In this document: positions 62,562 through 64,000 of the stretch, one piece after another
Position numbering within the stretch: position 1 is the stretch's first letter
Layout: each line of letters starts with the position of its first letter
Assembly: GCA_051453625.1 (NCBI GenBank)
Contig: JBOZIK010000001.1
Coordinates: 20,554,059-20,618,058, forward strand
Direction: 5' to 3'
DNA length: 64,000 nt
Source of the DNA: Welwitschia mirabilis
Taxonomy: Eukaryota
The notes under the pieces: model-generated
Database searches by the model: none
Told to the model about the DNA's origin: nothing
What the model saw: the letters and a program-made list of their open reading frames with translations, nothing else
Translations under genes and position numbers: made by a program

Positions 62562-64000
62562 CATGGCTGATTATGTTCTACTATGCAAATAAATAGATTG
62601 TTGAACCTAATCTCTGATAACAATTCTCACAAAACGTGCAACAAAAATAGGTCACAATGATTTATTCATTAATAGAGAATAATAATACGGATGTATAGAA
62701 GAAAGAATTAAGTGAAACAAAGGACAGTCACAAGCAGTGATCTTTGATTAACCATGAATATTGATTAGAAGCCAAGACCAACACCTCAAGCTAGGGTTTC
62801 TGAACTACACACCATGAACAGAAATTACAAAATCAAATTTGAGAACAATACCGTTTCTGGTAAACAACACATTTTTATTATAAGGTTATTTCAACAACAT
62901 TTCAGTATTACATTAGTGGTGTTGTGAACTCCACAGCTGTGGGGAATGGGAACTTAATGCCAAGGCCAAGCACATGAAGCACTTTGCTTTCCAAGGATGC
63001 TGGAACTTGCTACGACATGTCTTCTACACAATATTAGAGGACTTGCCAAATTGATGGGTTTACTTCTCCTCTAGTAGTGTGACTAGAGAAGGAGCAATGT
63101 ACGAACCTGCATTTGGTGGCCTCATTTGTTGCTGAGATGTCAAACAGACAAACAACCAAGAGGTTTCCCTTTAAACAATGCAATTAGGACAACAATTTGC
63201 GTCATTGGTGGAAGTAATCATGCTGTAGGAAGATAATGCATGTTGTAAAATTCCAGGAGTGAAGCTTCAGTGTAGCATGCTGGCATGGACATTGAAAGAA
63301 TATCAAAAAGAATTGGTGGCAATTCTGCTCCTGTAAAAGTTCATTCATTTCACTTCCCTCTATAACTCATTGGATGGTCCTTACCCCATTTGGCTTCCTT
63401 TTTTTTTTTTTAATTGATGTATTGTTACCACAAGAAGTACCAGTATTATGAGATCTTCCCTGCTGACAAATGCTCAACATTCTGCTTTCCTTTTATTGAA
63501 CATTTTGAACATAGTTTCTAGGTTTGTCTTTTGTGCTTTTAACCAATCATTTTTGAGACTTTTCTTCACATAGTATAGAACTAATAATTGTTTATATTTC
63601 TTGTAGTTAAGATTCCAATCTTACATCAATGCTTGAATACTAAGTTTGATACTTTTTTATTTCAAGTCATTATATTAATTTATGTCCAATAATGCCATAT
63701 TGCAACTTAAGAATGTCAAATAAATTTCATAAACATATTTTGTTTAATTTGGATATGAATCACAGATGCTGCATCAAAGTAGCTACTATCTATAAACAAT
63801 GTTTAAAAGCAAAACTATGTGCTATACCCTCCGTTTAGCAAGCACAACAGATGTTATATAACTAAATTTAATAAAAACATCATGGAAACATGCTGTATAA
63901 TACCTCATTATGCTCTCTAATCTTTTTTGTTTTTCAAAATCAAATTCCACAAATTTACACTCTCCAAAATTATTCTAGGAATCTTTCCTAATGCAGACCA

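Noticed and set aside
62700-63400. Further Copia-like traces with a short match to ~56560-56600
   Set aside because: Boundaries and domains could not be defined with confidence.
29765-64000. Antisense bias of intronic TE insertions
   Set aside because: Both orientations are well represented and the count is too small.

Overview
This is AT-rich, repeat-dominated eukaryotic DNA from a draft scaffold with many N gaps. It looks like a large-genome land plant; gymnosperm-like is my inference, from giant TE-filled introns and heavy C>T/G>A decay. The only host gene I can support is the 5' part of a plastid-targeted M18 aspartyl aminopeptidase on the + strand. Its exons are 29296-29550, 29677-29764 and 54392-54527, with a 24.6 kb intron 2 and an intron 3 that runs past the window end. 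Upstream lie a very decayed Gypsy, nested LTRs and an L1 LINE. Next is a ~19 kb decayed Helitron-like element. Its Rep has the Helitron2/Helentron-type 'EWQHRGSPH' motif and a DUF6570-like N-terminus, appears to contain spliceosomal introns, and has candidate canonical TC...hairpin-(C)TAG termini. It is split by an 11.2 kb Sirevirus-like Copia and ends about 0.42 kb before the gene's ATG. The introns hold tRNA-SINEs, a LINE fragment, a hAT insertion, a three-level LTR nest, Athila-like and CRM-like Gypsy elements, a young Sirevirus-like insertion, deleted Copia elements and a tandem Reina-derived non-autonomous element. All TE calls come from motif recognition and manual alignment, not database searches.
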